A DNA stretch of 64,000 nt from a virus: IMG/VR virus record IMGVR_UViG_3300020419_000004. One strand, given 5' to 3'. The notes beneath the pieces are model-generated. The model made no database searches. It was not told where the DNA came from and saw nothing but the letters and a program-made list of their open reading frames with translations. A program made the translations under genes and the position numbers. Below, piece after piece: positions 1 to 9,534 of this stretch (positions are counted from its first letter, which is position 1; the number at the start of each line of letters is the position of its first letter).

Positions 1-2409
1 GCTGCTCTTATATCACCTGATGGTACTGCATCACCTGCTGATAGTGCATTTACTAATGTTACTACACAACAGTATACACCTGGTGATCCAGCCCATCCAC
101 TACAGTTCGATACTCAGTTAAACACATGGTACGTGAGATGTACTGCTGCTACATCTAGTAGTGCTAGTGTATCATCTACTGGATACAAAGGTATCCACTA
201 TCATTTGGGTAACGATTCATTCTATGCTAATGCACTATTCACTGGTGCATCATACATGCAACGTGTACCTGACAATAGATCATCAAGAGACAGAACTTAC
301 AGAGTCAGATACGAAGTAGACAGCTCTCCTTCAGCTCTATCAAGAGAACCTATCAATGGTTACGTTATCCAACCAAGGAACGTACCTACGGGTCAGTCAT
401 ACGGGGACGTATATTATATCTACGACATTAAAACTGAACAGGAACTGATTAAATCAGTCCAGAACGGTATCTATTATATGACTGTTATCAAGGGTAGTGT
501 GTCACCTACCAATGGTAATGTCAATACATTTGCATTCTCACAGAACATCAATAACCTATATCCTACGTTGGATAAGGATAACCCAACTGAAGACTCTGGT
601 GCAGCAACATCTATTGCAAGTAATACTACTGTTGGTCTTGTTACTACAACAGATGGATCTGTTGAGGATAAGTCATTATCAATAACCAAAGAAATTGTCA
701 ATGCCTTCATCGTTGAGAATAGAAACGCATATGTAAACTCATCCACTTCAGACAGCTCTGTCTCTGGATACATCACTCTTGAAGCAAGAGATGGTGAGAC
801 TAGTGAAGTAGACAAGAACAAGAGGATGATACCTGTTAATAGCACAGGTGGTACACAGACAGAACTTAGACGACCTAGTATCCTAAGATCTGGTAACCAC
901 ACATTTGAATATGTTGGTTTCGGACCAGGTAACTATTCAACTGGTTTACCTTCAGTTCAGAACAGAGTTCTTACTGATGCTGAGACACTACTAGCACAGT
1001 CACAGAAGGAAGACGGTGGTATCGCATTCTACTCTGGACTTAACAGTAATGGTGACCTATTCATTGGTAACACTAGAATATCTGCTGTTACTGGTGAGGA
1101 AGCATCACTTGATACTCCATCACTATCAATCGTTGGTGAGACTGCAAACCTACGTCCTGTATTTGATGAGATCATTATCAGAGACAAGATCACAGTTGAT
1201 GACACTAACCTAGAGTCAGTATTCAAAGGTTTCTTATCAGTCAACCAAGACTTGAACGTATCCAAATCATTATTTGCTGAGGATGTCACAATTACTGGTG
1301 AGAGTGCAGACAACGAAGGAACTAAAAAGTTTGATGTTGTAACTACTGATCCTAATGGTAATACAACTGCTGCTAACAATGGTGACTATGCACTATTAAA
1401 TAACGTCACTCGTGGATCATCCTTAGGTTGGTATTGGAATACATCACAGAATGCATGGGTTAAGATGGGTCTTACCGATACTGGTAACCTTAATATAACT
1501 GGTGGATCTGGTACTGGTGATGCAACTGGTGATGTACAATTTAAGAACGGACTAGGTATTGACATACAGTCAACTGGTACATTAAATGTAAACAGTGGAA
1601 CTACTACACTTGGTGGTGAGTTAGATGTAACAGGTAGCGTTGATATTAATTCAACACAGTCATCTACAACTAACAGCACTGGTGCATTGAAAGTGGATGG
1701 TGGTGTTGGTATTGCCGAGAACCTCAACATGGGTGGTAGTGCTGACATTGATGCTAATCTAACAGTAGCAGGTAACGTAACTTTAGGTACCTCTGGTGCT
1801 AATAACGTCACATTTAATGCTGATATTAATAGTAATCTCCTACCTAATACCACTGGTGCACATAACTTAGGGTCAGTTGGACAGAAATGGGGTACAGTAT
1901 ATGCTGACGCAATCGTTGGTATCACCAATGTTACAGCAAGTATCACAGGTAACGTTACTGGTAATGTATCTGGTTCATCTGGAAGTTGTACTGGTAATGC
2001 TGCTTCGGCAACTGTATTACAGACAGCAAGAAATATTGGTGGTGTATCGTTCAACGGTGGTGCAAGCATTAATCTACCAGGTGTTAACACTGCAGGTAAC
2101 CAGAATACATCTGGAACTGCAACTCAGGCAGACAACATAAATATTGATGAAGCAAACGGTAACACCAACTATCAGGTATCGTTCTCAGCACTGAACAATG
2201 CAGGATACAACAGACAATACATTGATAGTGATGACAGTCATTTAGTGTATAATCCTGGCACTGCTACACTATCTGGATTAAATATTTCAGGTAGCACTAT
2301 AACAGCAAGCACATTTGGTAACTCAAACCAAAACGCATACGGTGCAAGGACAGTATCTACTGGTAACCCTAGTGGTGGATCCGACGGAGACATTTGGTAC
2401 AAGTATTAA
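1..2409 (+). CDS. Tail fibre / virion structural protein, C-terminal part (5' truncated by window)
   Basis: Frame +1 is open from base 1 to TAA at 2407-2409. G/T/S/N-rich fibre-like sequence ending PSGGSDGDIWYKY, a typical fibre-tip motif. Confidence 0.8.
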   Translation, partial: AALISPDGTASPADSAFTNVTTQQYTPGDPAHPLQFDTQLNTWYVRCTAATSSSASVSSTGYKGIHYHLGNDSFYANALFTGASYMQRVPDNRSSRDRTYRVRYEVDSSPSALSREPINGYVIQPRNVPTGQSYGDVYYIYDIKTEQELIKSVQNGIYYMTVIKGSVSPTNGNVNTFAFSQNINNLYPTLDKDNPTEDSGAATSIASNTTVGLVTTTDGSVEDKSLSITKEIVNAFIVENRNAYVNSSTSDSSVSGYITLEARDGETSEVDKNKRMIPVNSTGGTQTELRRPSILRSGNHTFEYVGFGPGNYSTGLPSVQNRVLTDAETLLAQSQKEDGGIAFYSGLNSNGDLFIGNTRISAVTGEEASLDTPSLSIVGETANLRPVFDEIIIRDKITVDDTNLESVFKGFLSVNQDLNVSKSLFAEDVTITGESADNEGTKKFDVVTTDPNGNTTAANNGDYALLNNVTRGSSLGWYWNTSQNAWVKMGLTDTGNLNITGGSGTGDATGDVQFKNGLGIDIQSTGTLNVNSGTTTLGGELDVTGSVDINSTQSSTTNSTGALKVDGGVGIAENLNMGGSADIDANLTVAGNVTLGTSGANNVTFNADINSNLLPNTTGAHNLGSVGQKWGTVYADAIVGITNVTASITGNVTGNVSGSSGSCTGNAASATVLQTARNIGGVSFNGGASINLPGVNTAGNQNTSGTATQADNINIDEANGNTNYQVSFSALNNAGYNRQYIDSDDSHLVYNPGTATLSGLNISGSTITASTFGNSNQNAYGARTVSTGNPSGGSDGDIWYKY

Positions 2410-2412
2410 ATT

Positions 2413-3303
2413 ATGGCAGTCCCTTATAACGATGTAATAGCAGGTTATCTTGACGGACACACACGTATCAAGAAAGATGGCACATGGCAAATCGTAGAAG
2501 ATATTCAAGTAAAACACTCAGGTGCATGGCGAGATACTAAGGCAGTATACGTCAAGTCAGGTGGTTCATGGCGTACAGTCCATGATGGTGAACATTTCTT
2601 ATTCAGTTACTATCAGTCAAGTGATGATGCTAGTGAGTTTAACTTAGCAGCACATATCTCAGGACTAGGATATGGTGGTAACTTAATTAAGGGGTGTGTA
2701 CAAATAAATGCAAAGAGACAGAGAGTACATCTAGGTAGTTTCTCATCCGACTCAAAAGTATTTCTTGGTGTTGCAAATTATGGTAGCATCAAAGGACGTG
2801 GTGGTAATGGTGGATCAGTTCCTAGTCAAAATGGCCAAGGAGGTCAGACTGCAGTATATTCTGGTGGTACACCATTTATTCTCAACAACGGTGGCATCAT
2901 TGCAGGTGGTGGAGGTGGCGGTGGTGCTGGCATCAACGGTCAATGTGTCTATCAGAATACATACTATTACGGTTGTATGAAAGGTGCCCAATGCGATGGC
3001 ACTGACCAACAGTTCTCACAGCAATCAGGCGGTGGGGGAGGTGGCGGTGCTGGCTATCCTGGTGGCACTGGTTACAATGGTGGTCAAAACGGTCAGGAAA
3101 CTGGCGGTGGTGGCGGTGGCGGTAACGGTGGTTGCGGAGCAGAATCTGGTGGTGGAGGTGGAAACCTCGGAGCTGGTGGTGGTAATGCAACTAGTGGTGG
3201 TAACGGTGCTGGTAACGGTATTGGTATCCAAGGTATCAACCACAGATACCAACAAGTAATGACAGGCGACGGTGACATCCGTGGCGGTACAAGTAACACT
3301 TAG
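2413..3303 (+). CDS. Glycine-rich tail-fibre-associated protein
   Basis: N-terminal VKHSGAW/VKSGGSW repeats and long poly-Gly runs; starts 3 nt after the fibre gene. Confidence 0.65.
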   Translation: MAVPYNDVIAGYLDGHTRIKKDGTWQIVEDIQVKHSGAWRDTKAVYVKSGGSWRTVHDGEHFLFSYYQSSDDASEFNLAAHISGLGYGGNLIKGCVQINAKRQRVHLGSFSSDSKVFLGVANYGSIKGRGGNGGSVPSQNGQGGQTAVYSGGTPFILNNGGIIAGGGGGGGAGINGQCVYQNTYYYGCMKGAQCDGTDQQFSQQSGGGGGGGAGYPGGTGYNGGQNGQETGGGGGGGNGGCGAESGGGGGNLGAGGGNATSGGNGAGNGIGIQGINHRYQQVMTGDGDIRGGTSNT

Positions 3304-3312
3304 GTTAAAACT

Positions 3313-3786
3313 ATGTCTTTAGAAGATATTGATCCGCAGTTTAGATTAGATGCAGACGTTGCACCACAGTTTAAATGCGAGAACTACAACGCAGAGGATA
3401 GAACCTTTGAAGTATGGTACAACGATGGTACTCTAAACAATGATGAGTGGTATGGTCCTCTTTATATGGATCTAGACTCATTGAAACCAGAGACGGAAGA
3501 ACCATTAAGGTTTCAGATAGGACAGGCAGTCTATGCTGCTGTAAATAATTGCAGACTAGCAGAGTGTGATATGTCTTCAACTACACTGGTATTATCTGGT
3601 ATGCTCGGAACGGTACAGACAGTACCAATGGAAGAGTTGATGAAGCATCAAGAAGCAATGGCGAAGAAGAATATACAGAACGTAGATCCAGTAGTACAGG
3701 CTACTACAGTCGTAAATGTATACAGTGAGGATGATTTCGACGAACAGTTTGAAGCATTGAGTGCTGCATTATCCGAAGAGGAGTAG
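3313..3786 (+). CDS. Hypothetical protein (acidic)
   Basis: 157-aa ORF tightly packed in the operon. Confidence 0.8.
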   Translation: MSLEDIDPQFRLDADVAPQFKCENYNAEDRTFEVWYNDGTLNNDEWYGPLYMDLDSLKPETEEPLRFQIGQAVYAAVNNCRLAECDMSSTTLVLSGMLGTVQTVPMEELMKHQEAMAKKNIQNVDPVVQATTVVNVYSEDDFDEQFEALSAALSEEE

Positions 3787-3787
3787 C

Positions 3788-4519
3788 ATGACAGGTATCT
3801 ACGCACTTGCAGAGTCCCAAGACGCACGCATTGCTCAGTATACATTTGGTAAGAGCATAGCACAGTTCGGTGTTAGTGTATTCTCATGCAATAATGCACG
3901 CAAAGGCAAGAAAGTGTTCGGCAACGATCCTGACCCAGTGAAGGAGATCATGCTAGAAACACAGGATGATATTATATCTGCACATATAAAGAGTAATCCT
4001 GACGGGAAGGTAGCAGGTTACGAGAAGATTATACGGGAATGTGGTCAGACATATCAAGTACACCACAGAACTGTATCGTTTGGTAGTACATGGAGGAGTG
4101 ACTCAGTCAAGCTATCAGACTATTCATTGCTATATCACGCTAACTCACACACTCACTTCCGTTTTCCTGGTATGAATAGACTGACATCACGAGAGGATGG
4201 AGGCACAGTTGCATGCTCAGGATTTGAAGATCTCAGTGCAACCGCACGTAAGGTGCATATGTTTGAGTCAAGTGACAGCTTTACACCCGCAGGTAATGGT
4301 AGTATAATAGTTCCTATGAAGGACATCTACTATCATAAGAAGAAAGTTTATCAACATTATCCATTCCCAGTATCAGAACTAGATACAGTACAGATCTCAG
4401 TTGATGAACCTACACTGGTCTTGGAATTTATTACAGATCAAGAACCTGATGTTGCAGAATTCACGCAGTCATGGTTAAATCAGATAGAAGAGGGATTAAT
4501 CGAAATCGTAAACAGATAA
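3788..4519 (+). CDS. Hypothetical beta-rich protein, paralog of next gene
   Basis: ATG at 3788, 1 nt after the previous stop. Shares FGxDP and FRxxGxxRxTS motifs with 4523-5194. Confidence 0.75.
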   Translation: MTGIYALAESQDARIAQYTFGKSIAQFGVSVFSCNNARKGKKVFGNDPDPVKEIMLETQDDIISAHIKSNPDGKVAGYEKIIRECGQTYQVHHRTVSFGSTWRSDSVKLSDYSLLYHANSHTHFRFPGMNRLTSREDGGTVACSGFEDLSATARKVHMFESSDSFTPAGNGSIIVPMKDIYYHKKKVYQHYPFPVSELDTVQISVDEPTLVLEFITDQEPDVAEFTQSWLNQIEEGLIEIVNR

Positions 4520-4522
4520 CAA

Positions 4523-5194
4523 ATGAATTGTGATTACACTGTAAGAGATAGTAATAACGATCTCACAGTACTATACTATAAGGGTTGCGGTCAAGGATTT
4601 AAGTTTTTCGGGGATGACCCAGAAGAATACAAGCATCACATCAAGCAAGAACATATTGAGATGGTGCAAGGTATGTTTGAACGGGAGTTGAAGGAGTTAC
4701 CCGTAGACTTCTTGCCCAAATTTTATATGCATAGTCGATGCCTAGTGTTTCCCGATGGTGTATGGATGAGTGAAACAGCAGGTGTTCCACAATATCTCAG
4801 GTATAGGTCAGGAACCAACCTGAGTTTTCGTGTATCTGGTGTCACTCGGTTCACATCATTGACCGAAGATAGTAGTGCTATCTGTATTGGTGCCGATCCT
4901 GGTGCGGATACTATTCCATTGCTACGTAGATTGGTACACAAATGCAGTGGTAGTACACACTTCATGCCACTCAGTACATCATCTATCCTCGTACCAACAG
5001 AGAATTGTACTTACGGAGACCTAAAGATAGACTTAGGACACCCAGTACTTGCCAAACATGAGTTTGATGAGTTAGTATTTGAGAAACCAGGTTACCTTAT
5101 TGAGTTTATGAATGAACCTATGAGTTTGGAAGAAGAGCTTGTAAACTATTGTCATCAATACATATCACAAGACATTGAGGTATTTCAGCGATGA
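4523..5194 (+). CDS. Hypothetical beta-rich protein, paralog of previous gene
   Basis: 223-aa ORF; FGDDPE, FRVSGVTRFTS, SILVP and LIEF motifs align with 3788-4519. Confidence 0.75.
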   Translation: MNCDYTVRDSNNDLTVLYYKGCGQGFKFFGDDPEEYKHHIKQEHIEMVQGMFERELKELPVDFLPKFYMHSRCLVFPDGVWMSETAGVPQYLRYRSGTNLSFRVSGVTRFTSLTEDSSAICIGADPGADTIPLLRRLVHKCSGSTHFMPLSTSSILVPTENCTYGDLKIDLGHPVLAKHEFDELVFEKPGYLIEFMNEPMSLEEELVNYCHQYISQDIEVFQR

Positions 5195-5517
5195 TGTTTA
5201 TAGAGGATGGACTGTATCCGCAATGGCAGAAGCATTTAGATCATCCACCACTGGAGTATAAGCATCTTGAACGTGATAAGTTTGAAGAGTTACTCGATCT
5301 AATGATAGAAGCACACCCAAATCACGAACTAACGGAGTGGTTGAAGCGTGGTTACGCTATGAATGAGGGAGATAGTACCATAACATTCGCTAGTCTGCAA
5401 GGACATAGAGTATTACAGTGGACTATGAACCATTTTGATGAGGAGGATGCGGAGAGTTATGAAATGATGTTCGGTGAAGAGGAGGAAATGGACTGGGATG
5501 ACGATTGGGACGATTAA
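5191..5517 (+). CDS. Hypothetical protein, very acidic C-terminus
   Basis: ATGA overlap with the previous ORF. Confidence 0.75.
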   Translation: MMFIEDGLYPQWQKHLDHPPLEYKHLERDKFEELLDLMIEAHPNHELTEWLKRGYAMNEGDSTITFASLQGHRVLQWTMNHFDEEDAESYEMMFGEEEEMDWDDDWDD

Positions 5518-5563
5518 TAAAGTTGCACAATAGCTTGCATATCCGCACAAAATAGACTATAAT
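5507..5563 (+). promoter_or_regulatory. Sigma70-type early promoter with degenerate upstream motif
   Basis: TTGCAT (5535-5540) N17 TATAAT (5558-5563); upstream GGGACGAT-N8-TTGCAC. Confidence 0.7.
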
Positions 5564-5588
5564 AAGTACATACACAAACAGGAGACAC

Positions 5589-6074
5589 ATGACAGTAGCA
5601 ACCGCACCTGCAACACTCGAAGAAAGAGTACAAGGTTGGGCTAACGATCTATGTTCAGCACTAGACTTAAACTATAAGAAGCAAGCAATCAGACATCATG
5701 AGAGAGAACTAGCAGATGAGAGATCATATGCGGAGTATCATGAAGAGCAACTAGACAAGATTGCATTTGGTACTGCTAACCTAAACAGATTTGTTGCATA
5801 CACAGGACGTAAGTACATCAAGATCGTTATGCAAGAGTTTGGCAGACACGAGACAGAGTACAAGGACAGCACTGTACATGCATTTATAGATAAGAAGACA
5901 GGTCAGGTGTATATGCCTGCAGGTTATAATGCACCAACAAAGACAGGTAAGTATCCAGTAAGATGGGACTTAAGAATTATCAAGGATAGAGAGTATATCC
6001 TTAATCCAGTAAACTGCACATGGTCTGGTGGTTATCTTTACGATAGATCAACTTTACCTACCAAGTATATCTAA
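5589..6074 (+). CDS. Hypothetical phage protein
   Basis: 161 aa, AGGAG RBS; GRKYIKIV...HAFIDKKTGQVYMPAG motif of a type seen in phage early genes. Confidence 0.8.
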   Translation: MTVATAPATLEERVQGWANDLCSALDLNYKKQAIRHHERELADERSYAEYHEEQLDKIAFGTANLNRFVAYTGRKYIKIVMQEFGRHETEYKDSTVHAFIDKKTGQVYMPAGYNAPTKTGKYPVRWDLRIIKDREYILNPVNCTWSGGYLYDRSTLPTKYI

Positions 6075-6102
6075 GACCCCACAGGGGGTCTCAGACCCCT
6101 TT
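6074..6102 (+). terminator. Hairpin / possible intrinsic terminator
   Basis: AGACCCC-ACAG-GGGGTCT, or alternatively GGGGTC-TCA-GACCCC followed by TTT. Confidence 0.45.
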
Positions 6103-6114
6103 CAATAGAGAATT

Positions 6115-6372
6115 ATGCCAGTATATAGAGACTACGAGATTAGACTTAACCTCAATGAATTAATAGAACACAGGATACCAACCTGTGATTTGTTGCATCC
6201 AGACCATTGTTTATCTGAAGCACAGGTGGCACAGATAGCACACGATATTAACATGGATTTAGATCTGCATCCAATCTATCATCAGATAGATGATCACATC
6301 ATGCGGTATGTCAAGGCAGCAGGTATTGATAACTCAGAACATTGGGTAGAACCTAAACTCAAAGACCTATGA
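6115..6372 (+). CDS. Hypothetical cyanophage protein
   Basis: 85-aa ORF with AGAG upstream; overlaps the next start. Confidence 0.75.
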   Translation: MPVYRDYEIRLNLNELIEHRIPTCDLLHPDHCLSEAQVAQIAHDINMDLDLHPIYHQIDDHIMRYVKAAGIDNSEHWVEPKLKDL

Positions 6373-6515
6373 AGAAGATACTTGAATACCTAGTCTTGAT
6401 AGGATTTATAGTAGGTTTATGTTTTGTATTTCTATTTGAGGTATTGGATCTCTTTTTGGTGCGACCCATATATCAAAGGTTCTTTAAAAAGAAAAAAAGG
6501 AGGAGAAGGCGATGA
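6369..6515 (+). CDS. Small membrane protein with polybasic tail (not in ORF track)
   Basis: MKKILEYLVLIGFIVGLCFVFLFEVLDLFLVRPIYQRFFKKKKRRRRR; ATGA overlaps at both ends. Confidence 0.65.
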   Translation: MKKILEYLVLIGFIVGLCFVFLFEVLDLFLVRPIYQRFFKKKKRRRRR

Positions 6516-6709
6516 ATGACATAACAATATTCATATTCGGTCTTAGTTTTGCAGCAGTCACTGGTGCAACATTCGCATTTATGTTTAAGATGACAGGTGC
6601 TGTATTAGAAGACGCGAAGAAACCACGGAGAACAGTGCATCCAGAGATGAAAGAGGTGCAAGATGGTGAAGAACTCCTCGTATTCCGTGCGGAGGACAAG
6701 GACGAGTGA
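6512..6709 (+). CDS. DUF2973-like small membrane protein
   Basis: N-terminal TM helix and C-terminal HPEM...GEELLVF motif resembling cyanobacterial DUF2973. Confidence 0.55.
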   Translation: MNDITIFIFGLSFAAVTGATFAFMFKMTGAVLEDAKKPRRTVHPEMKEVQDGEELLVFRAEDKDE

Positions 6710-6909
6710 AGAAGATATGGAAGATATGGAAGTATGCACTCGGATCTTTCCAAGATGAGACAACTAAAGAGTATGATGATATCATATGTTGCATAAGATC
6801 TCTAATTATGCTACAATTGGTTATCACCAACTGTTTCATTATAGGTGGCAACATTCGTCATTGGAATGACCACTATACTAGACCACATTATGAACATATT
6901 CGTAACTGA
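6706..6909 (+). CDS. Hypothetical cyanophage membrane protein
   Basis: GTG start in a GTGA overlap; WKYALGSF...VITNCFIIGGNIRHW. Confidence 0.7.
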   Translation: MKKIWKIWKYALGSFQDETTKEYDDIICCIRSLIMLQLVITNCFIIGGNIRHWNDHYTRPHYEHIRN

Positions 6910-7387
6910 CGCTGATCCGCATAAGTCTGCACAGGTGTTACCTGACAAGCATATTGTCAAGATGCCACTAGAGACATGTCAAATGTTATCTATTGTTGCA
7001 TCCGAGAAGTGGGGTCATGGTTTCGGCACACTACCTAAGTTAGATGGTACTCCGTACAAAACTGACAAAGGTGCGTTTCGTAATCATCCATGCACCATCT
7101 GGGCACAGACTAACTTCTATTGGTTAATAGAACATGGTCTTGCATTGTGTGCAGAGTATACACACAGGTACAACAAGGTTCATAGTTGTCAGCATACTAT
7201 TGAGTGTGCGGATATTATGTTTCCATCATGCCCACCACCCACATCCTTTACACGTGCTATGCCCGATGAGTTTAAATATGACACAAGCATTGACACTTTT
7301 ACTGCTTACAAGAATTACATTGGCAGCAAACCTTGGGTTGCATCTAATTATTTACGTGACCCATCCCGCAAACCAGATTGGTTATGA
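6890..7387 (+). CDS. Pyrimidine dimer DNA glycosylase / endonuclease V-like (Pyr_excise family) protein
   Basis: MNIFVTDADP...DKHIVKMPLETCQMLS and NHPCTIW motifs; probable start at ATG 6890. Confidence 0.7.
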   Translation: MNIFVTDADPHKSAQVLPDKHIVKMPLETCQMLSIVASEKWGHGFGTLPKLDGTPYKTDKGAFRNHPCTIWAQTNFYWLIEHGLALCAEYTHRYNKVHSCQHTIECADIMFPSCPPPTSFTRAMPDEFKYDTSIDTFTAYKNYIGSKPWVASNYLRDPSRKPDWL

Positions 7388-7605
7388 GTAGAGTGTATCC
7401 CAACATGAGTGCTAACTTGCAACTCACGTTTACTGAAAGAGAACTAGAGTGTATAAGAGTGTGTCTAGCAAACGCACCATCACCATATGATATTCGGTTG
7501 AAGAAACTTCCGAAAACAATCTTAGATAAGATTGGTGAACCAACACCACTCAAGGGTGAACCATTACCACTCATTGAGTGTGATTTAACAAAATACGATA
7601 GATGA
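7384..7605 (+). CDS. Hypothetical protein
   Basis: ATGA overlap; operon packing. Confidence 0.65.
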   Translation: MSRVYPNMSANLQLTFTERELECIRVCLANAPSPYDIRLKKLPKTILDKIGEPTPLKGEPLPLIECDLTKYDR

Positions 7606-7880
7606 AACTAACACAGGAAATTATTGACCAGATACAGGAAGCAATGCTTCATACCAAGAAAGATGGTAGTATCAACTGGAAAGATGGAGATGAATTGGAA
7701 GTGCAGTTAGCAGGTACGTTTGCTGCTGATAGATTTATTGTCATCAAGAACAAGAGAATGTCTCCTGTTGTGAGTGCAGCACCTCATCCTTACTTTGATT
7801 ATGAGAAGAATGTCTTTACCGAAGATGGTAGAGATAAGTGGATGAAGGATTGGATGAGGGACAATCCTGATGATGAATAA
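7602..7880 (+). CDS. Hypothetical cyanophage protein
   Basis: 92-aa ORF with ATGA overlap. Confidence 0.75.
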   Translation: MKLTQEIIDQIQEAMLHTKKDGSINWKDGDELEVQLAGTFAADRFIVIKNKRMSPVVSAAPHPYFDYEKNVFTEDGRDKWMKDWMRDNPDDE

Positions 7881-8805
7881 AGTATTATTCGGTGACTGTC
7901 GTGAAACACTGAAGACTATTGATACCAAGGCACGCATGTGTGTCACATCGCCACCATACTACGGACTACGTAACTATGGTGATGAGGACAGGCAGATAGG
8001 TATGGAACAATCACCAGAAGAATACATTGCTGAAATGGTTAAGGTATTCCGATCAGTACGTGATGTACTCACTGATGATGGTACACTATGGTTAAACATA
8101 GGAGACACATACTATAACTACAGGTCAGATGGTAACTATCCTAAACAGACAGTATCCAGAACCAAGCAAGACCTACCTAACTTCTCACCTGTTCGTGGTA
8201 ACAAACTACAAGGACTGAAGAGTAAGGACTTGATAGGTATACCATGGATGTTAGCATTCGCATTGAGAGCAGACGGATGGTGGTTAAGACAGGATATCAT
8301 CTGGAATAAACCTAACCCTATGCCTGAGAGTGTCAAGGATAGATGTACCAAGTCACATGAGTACATATTTCTATTGAGTAAGAGTAAACAGTATTATTAT
8401 GACAATGAAGCAATTAAAGAGCCAGTCAAGCAAGACTGGGGGACAAGAGACCGCACGAACGGTAAGTACCATAATCCTGGTACTGGCCTGGCTCCTCATA
8501 GTGGGTTATCCAAGTCTTATGACAGGAAGAATAAACGATCTGTTTGGACTGTGACTAATAAACCATACAAGGGAGCACACTTCGCTGTATTCCCACCTGA
8601 CCTCATTGAACCATGCATACTAGCAGGCAGTGAGGAGAATGATATAGTCCTTGACCCATTCATGGGTAGTGGCACCACAGCAATGGTTGCCAAGAAACAC
8701 AATCGTAACTACATTGGTTGCGAGTTACATGAGGACTATGCCAGTTTACAGACTGACCGCATTGACAGCATTCCATCCCAATTACCTGCTATACTATGGA
8801 AGTAA
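7873..8805 (+). CDS. DNA N4-cytosine/N6-adenine methyltransferase (beta class)
   Basis: Catalytic motif TSPPY near the N-terminus and SAM-binding DPFMGSGTT near the C-terminus. Confidence 0.92.
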   Translation: MNKVLFGDCRETLKTIDTKARMCVTSPPYYGLRNYGDEDRQIGMEQSPEEYIAEMVKVFRSVRDVLTDDGTLWLNIGDTYYNYRSDGNYPKQTVSRTKQDLPNFSPVRGNKLQGLKSKDLIGIPWMLAFALRADGWWLRQDIIWNKPNPMPESVKDRCTKSHEYIFLLSKSKQYYYDNEAIKEPVKQDWGTRDRTNGKYHNPGTGLAPHSGLSKSYDRKNKRSVWTVTNKPYKGAHFAVFPPDLIEPCILAGSEENDIVLDPFMGSGTTAMVAKKHNRNYIGCELHEDYASLQTDRIDSIPSQLPAILWK

Positions 8806-9005
8806 TCATCACAGAGCAACCAGAAATGGACAAAGTAGTAACTATGGTTGAACTCGATACTCAACAGATCAAGTATCTTATTGATCTTATGTGGTCTACC
8901 GATCCTACAATTTCAAACAATGTAGCATTGAGACACAGCGTTGATGACGTTCAACTAGAGAGTAGATTGAACCTAGCACTAGGTAGTGCACTAGGAGAAG
9001 TATGA
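8796..9005 (+). CDS. Hypothetical protein
   Basis: 69-aa ORF overlapping both neighbours. Confidence 0.65.
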   Translation: MEVIITEQPEMDKVVTMVELDTQQIKYLIDLMWSTDPTISNNVALRHSVDDVQLESRLNLALGSALGEV

Positions 9006-9196
9006 ACGCAAAAAATATGTCAAGCACAGAAAAACTTATCTTTATCTTCTCATTCATTAATTTTCTTCATTGGTCATGTCTTGTTATGTCACGTTTGGTG
9101 GGTATCGCAATCGGAAGCGTATCGCTCGCAATGCAGTCGAGTGGTTCCTACAACATCGTAAACTCAATCGCTTCAACACGTTTATCCATATTGTAG
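9002..9196 (+). CDS. Possible small hydrophobic protein
   Basis: ATGA overlap with the previous gene, but overlaps the next ORF by about 120 nt. Confidence 0.4.
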   Translation: MNAKNMSSTEKLIFIFSFINFLHWSCLVMSRLVGIAIGSVSLAMQSSGSYNIVNSIASTRLSIL

Positions 9197-9534
9197 ATAA
9201 ACGACTGTGGCCTGAGGATGATGGTGCTTGTATCGCCATTGATAGTATGTCACGTCCTAGATACTTTGAGATTGAGATAGAAAATCGTCTCGATAACAAA
9301 GAACAATACCTCACAACTCTATTTCATGAGTTAATTCATGTAGAGCAACGTCTTCGTAATACACACAGTGTCACTTATGATGCACGTCTCTGTCGTAGTG
9401 TCAACAAATGGCATGGTGATGTAGTTCCACCAGAAACTGCATACATGGATGAACCATGGGAGATAGAAGCATATGGTTTAGAGGGTCAACTGTATAAGGA
9501 ATACAGGAAATATGAAGCAAAACTTAAGAATTGA
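9076..9534 (+). CDS. Zn-metalloprotease-like (HExxH) protein
   Basis: TLFHELIHVEQ and downstream PWEIEAY motif. Confidence 0.7.
   Translation: MSCYVTFGGYRNRKRIARNAVEWFLQHRKLNRFNTFIHIVDKRLWPEDDGACIAIDSMSRPRYFEIEIENRLDNKEQYLTTLFHELIHVEQRLRNTHSVTYDARLCRSVNKWHGDVVPPETAYMDEPWEIEAYGLEGQLYKEYRKYEAKLKN

Noticed and set aside
474-2090. Minus-strand ORFs opposite the first fibre gene (474-902, 1029-1379, 1386-2090)
   Set aside because: Antisense shadows of a gene dominated by GGT/ACT/GCT codons; no RBS, promoter or recognisable motifs.
2413-3303. Diversity-generating retroelement target
   Set aside because: No reverse transcriptase and no template/variable repeat pair seen in the window.
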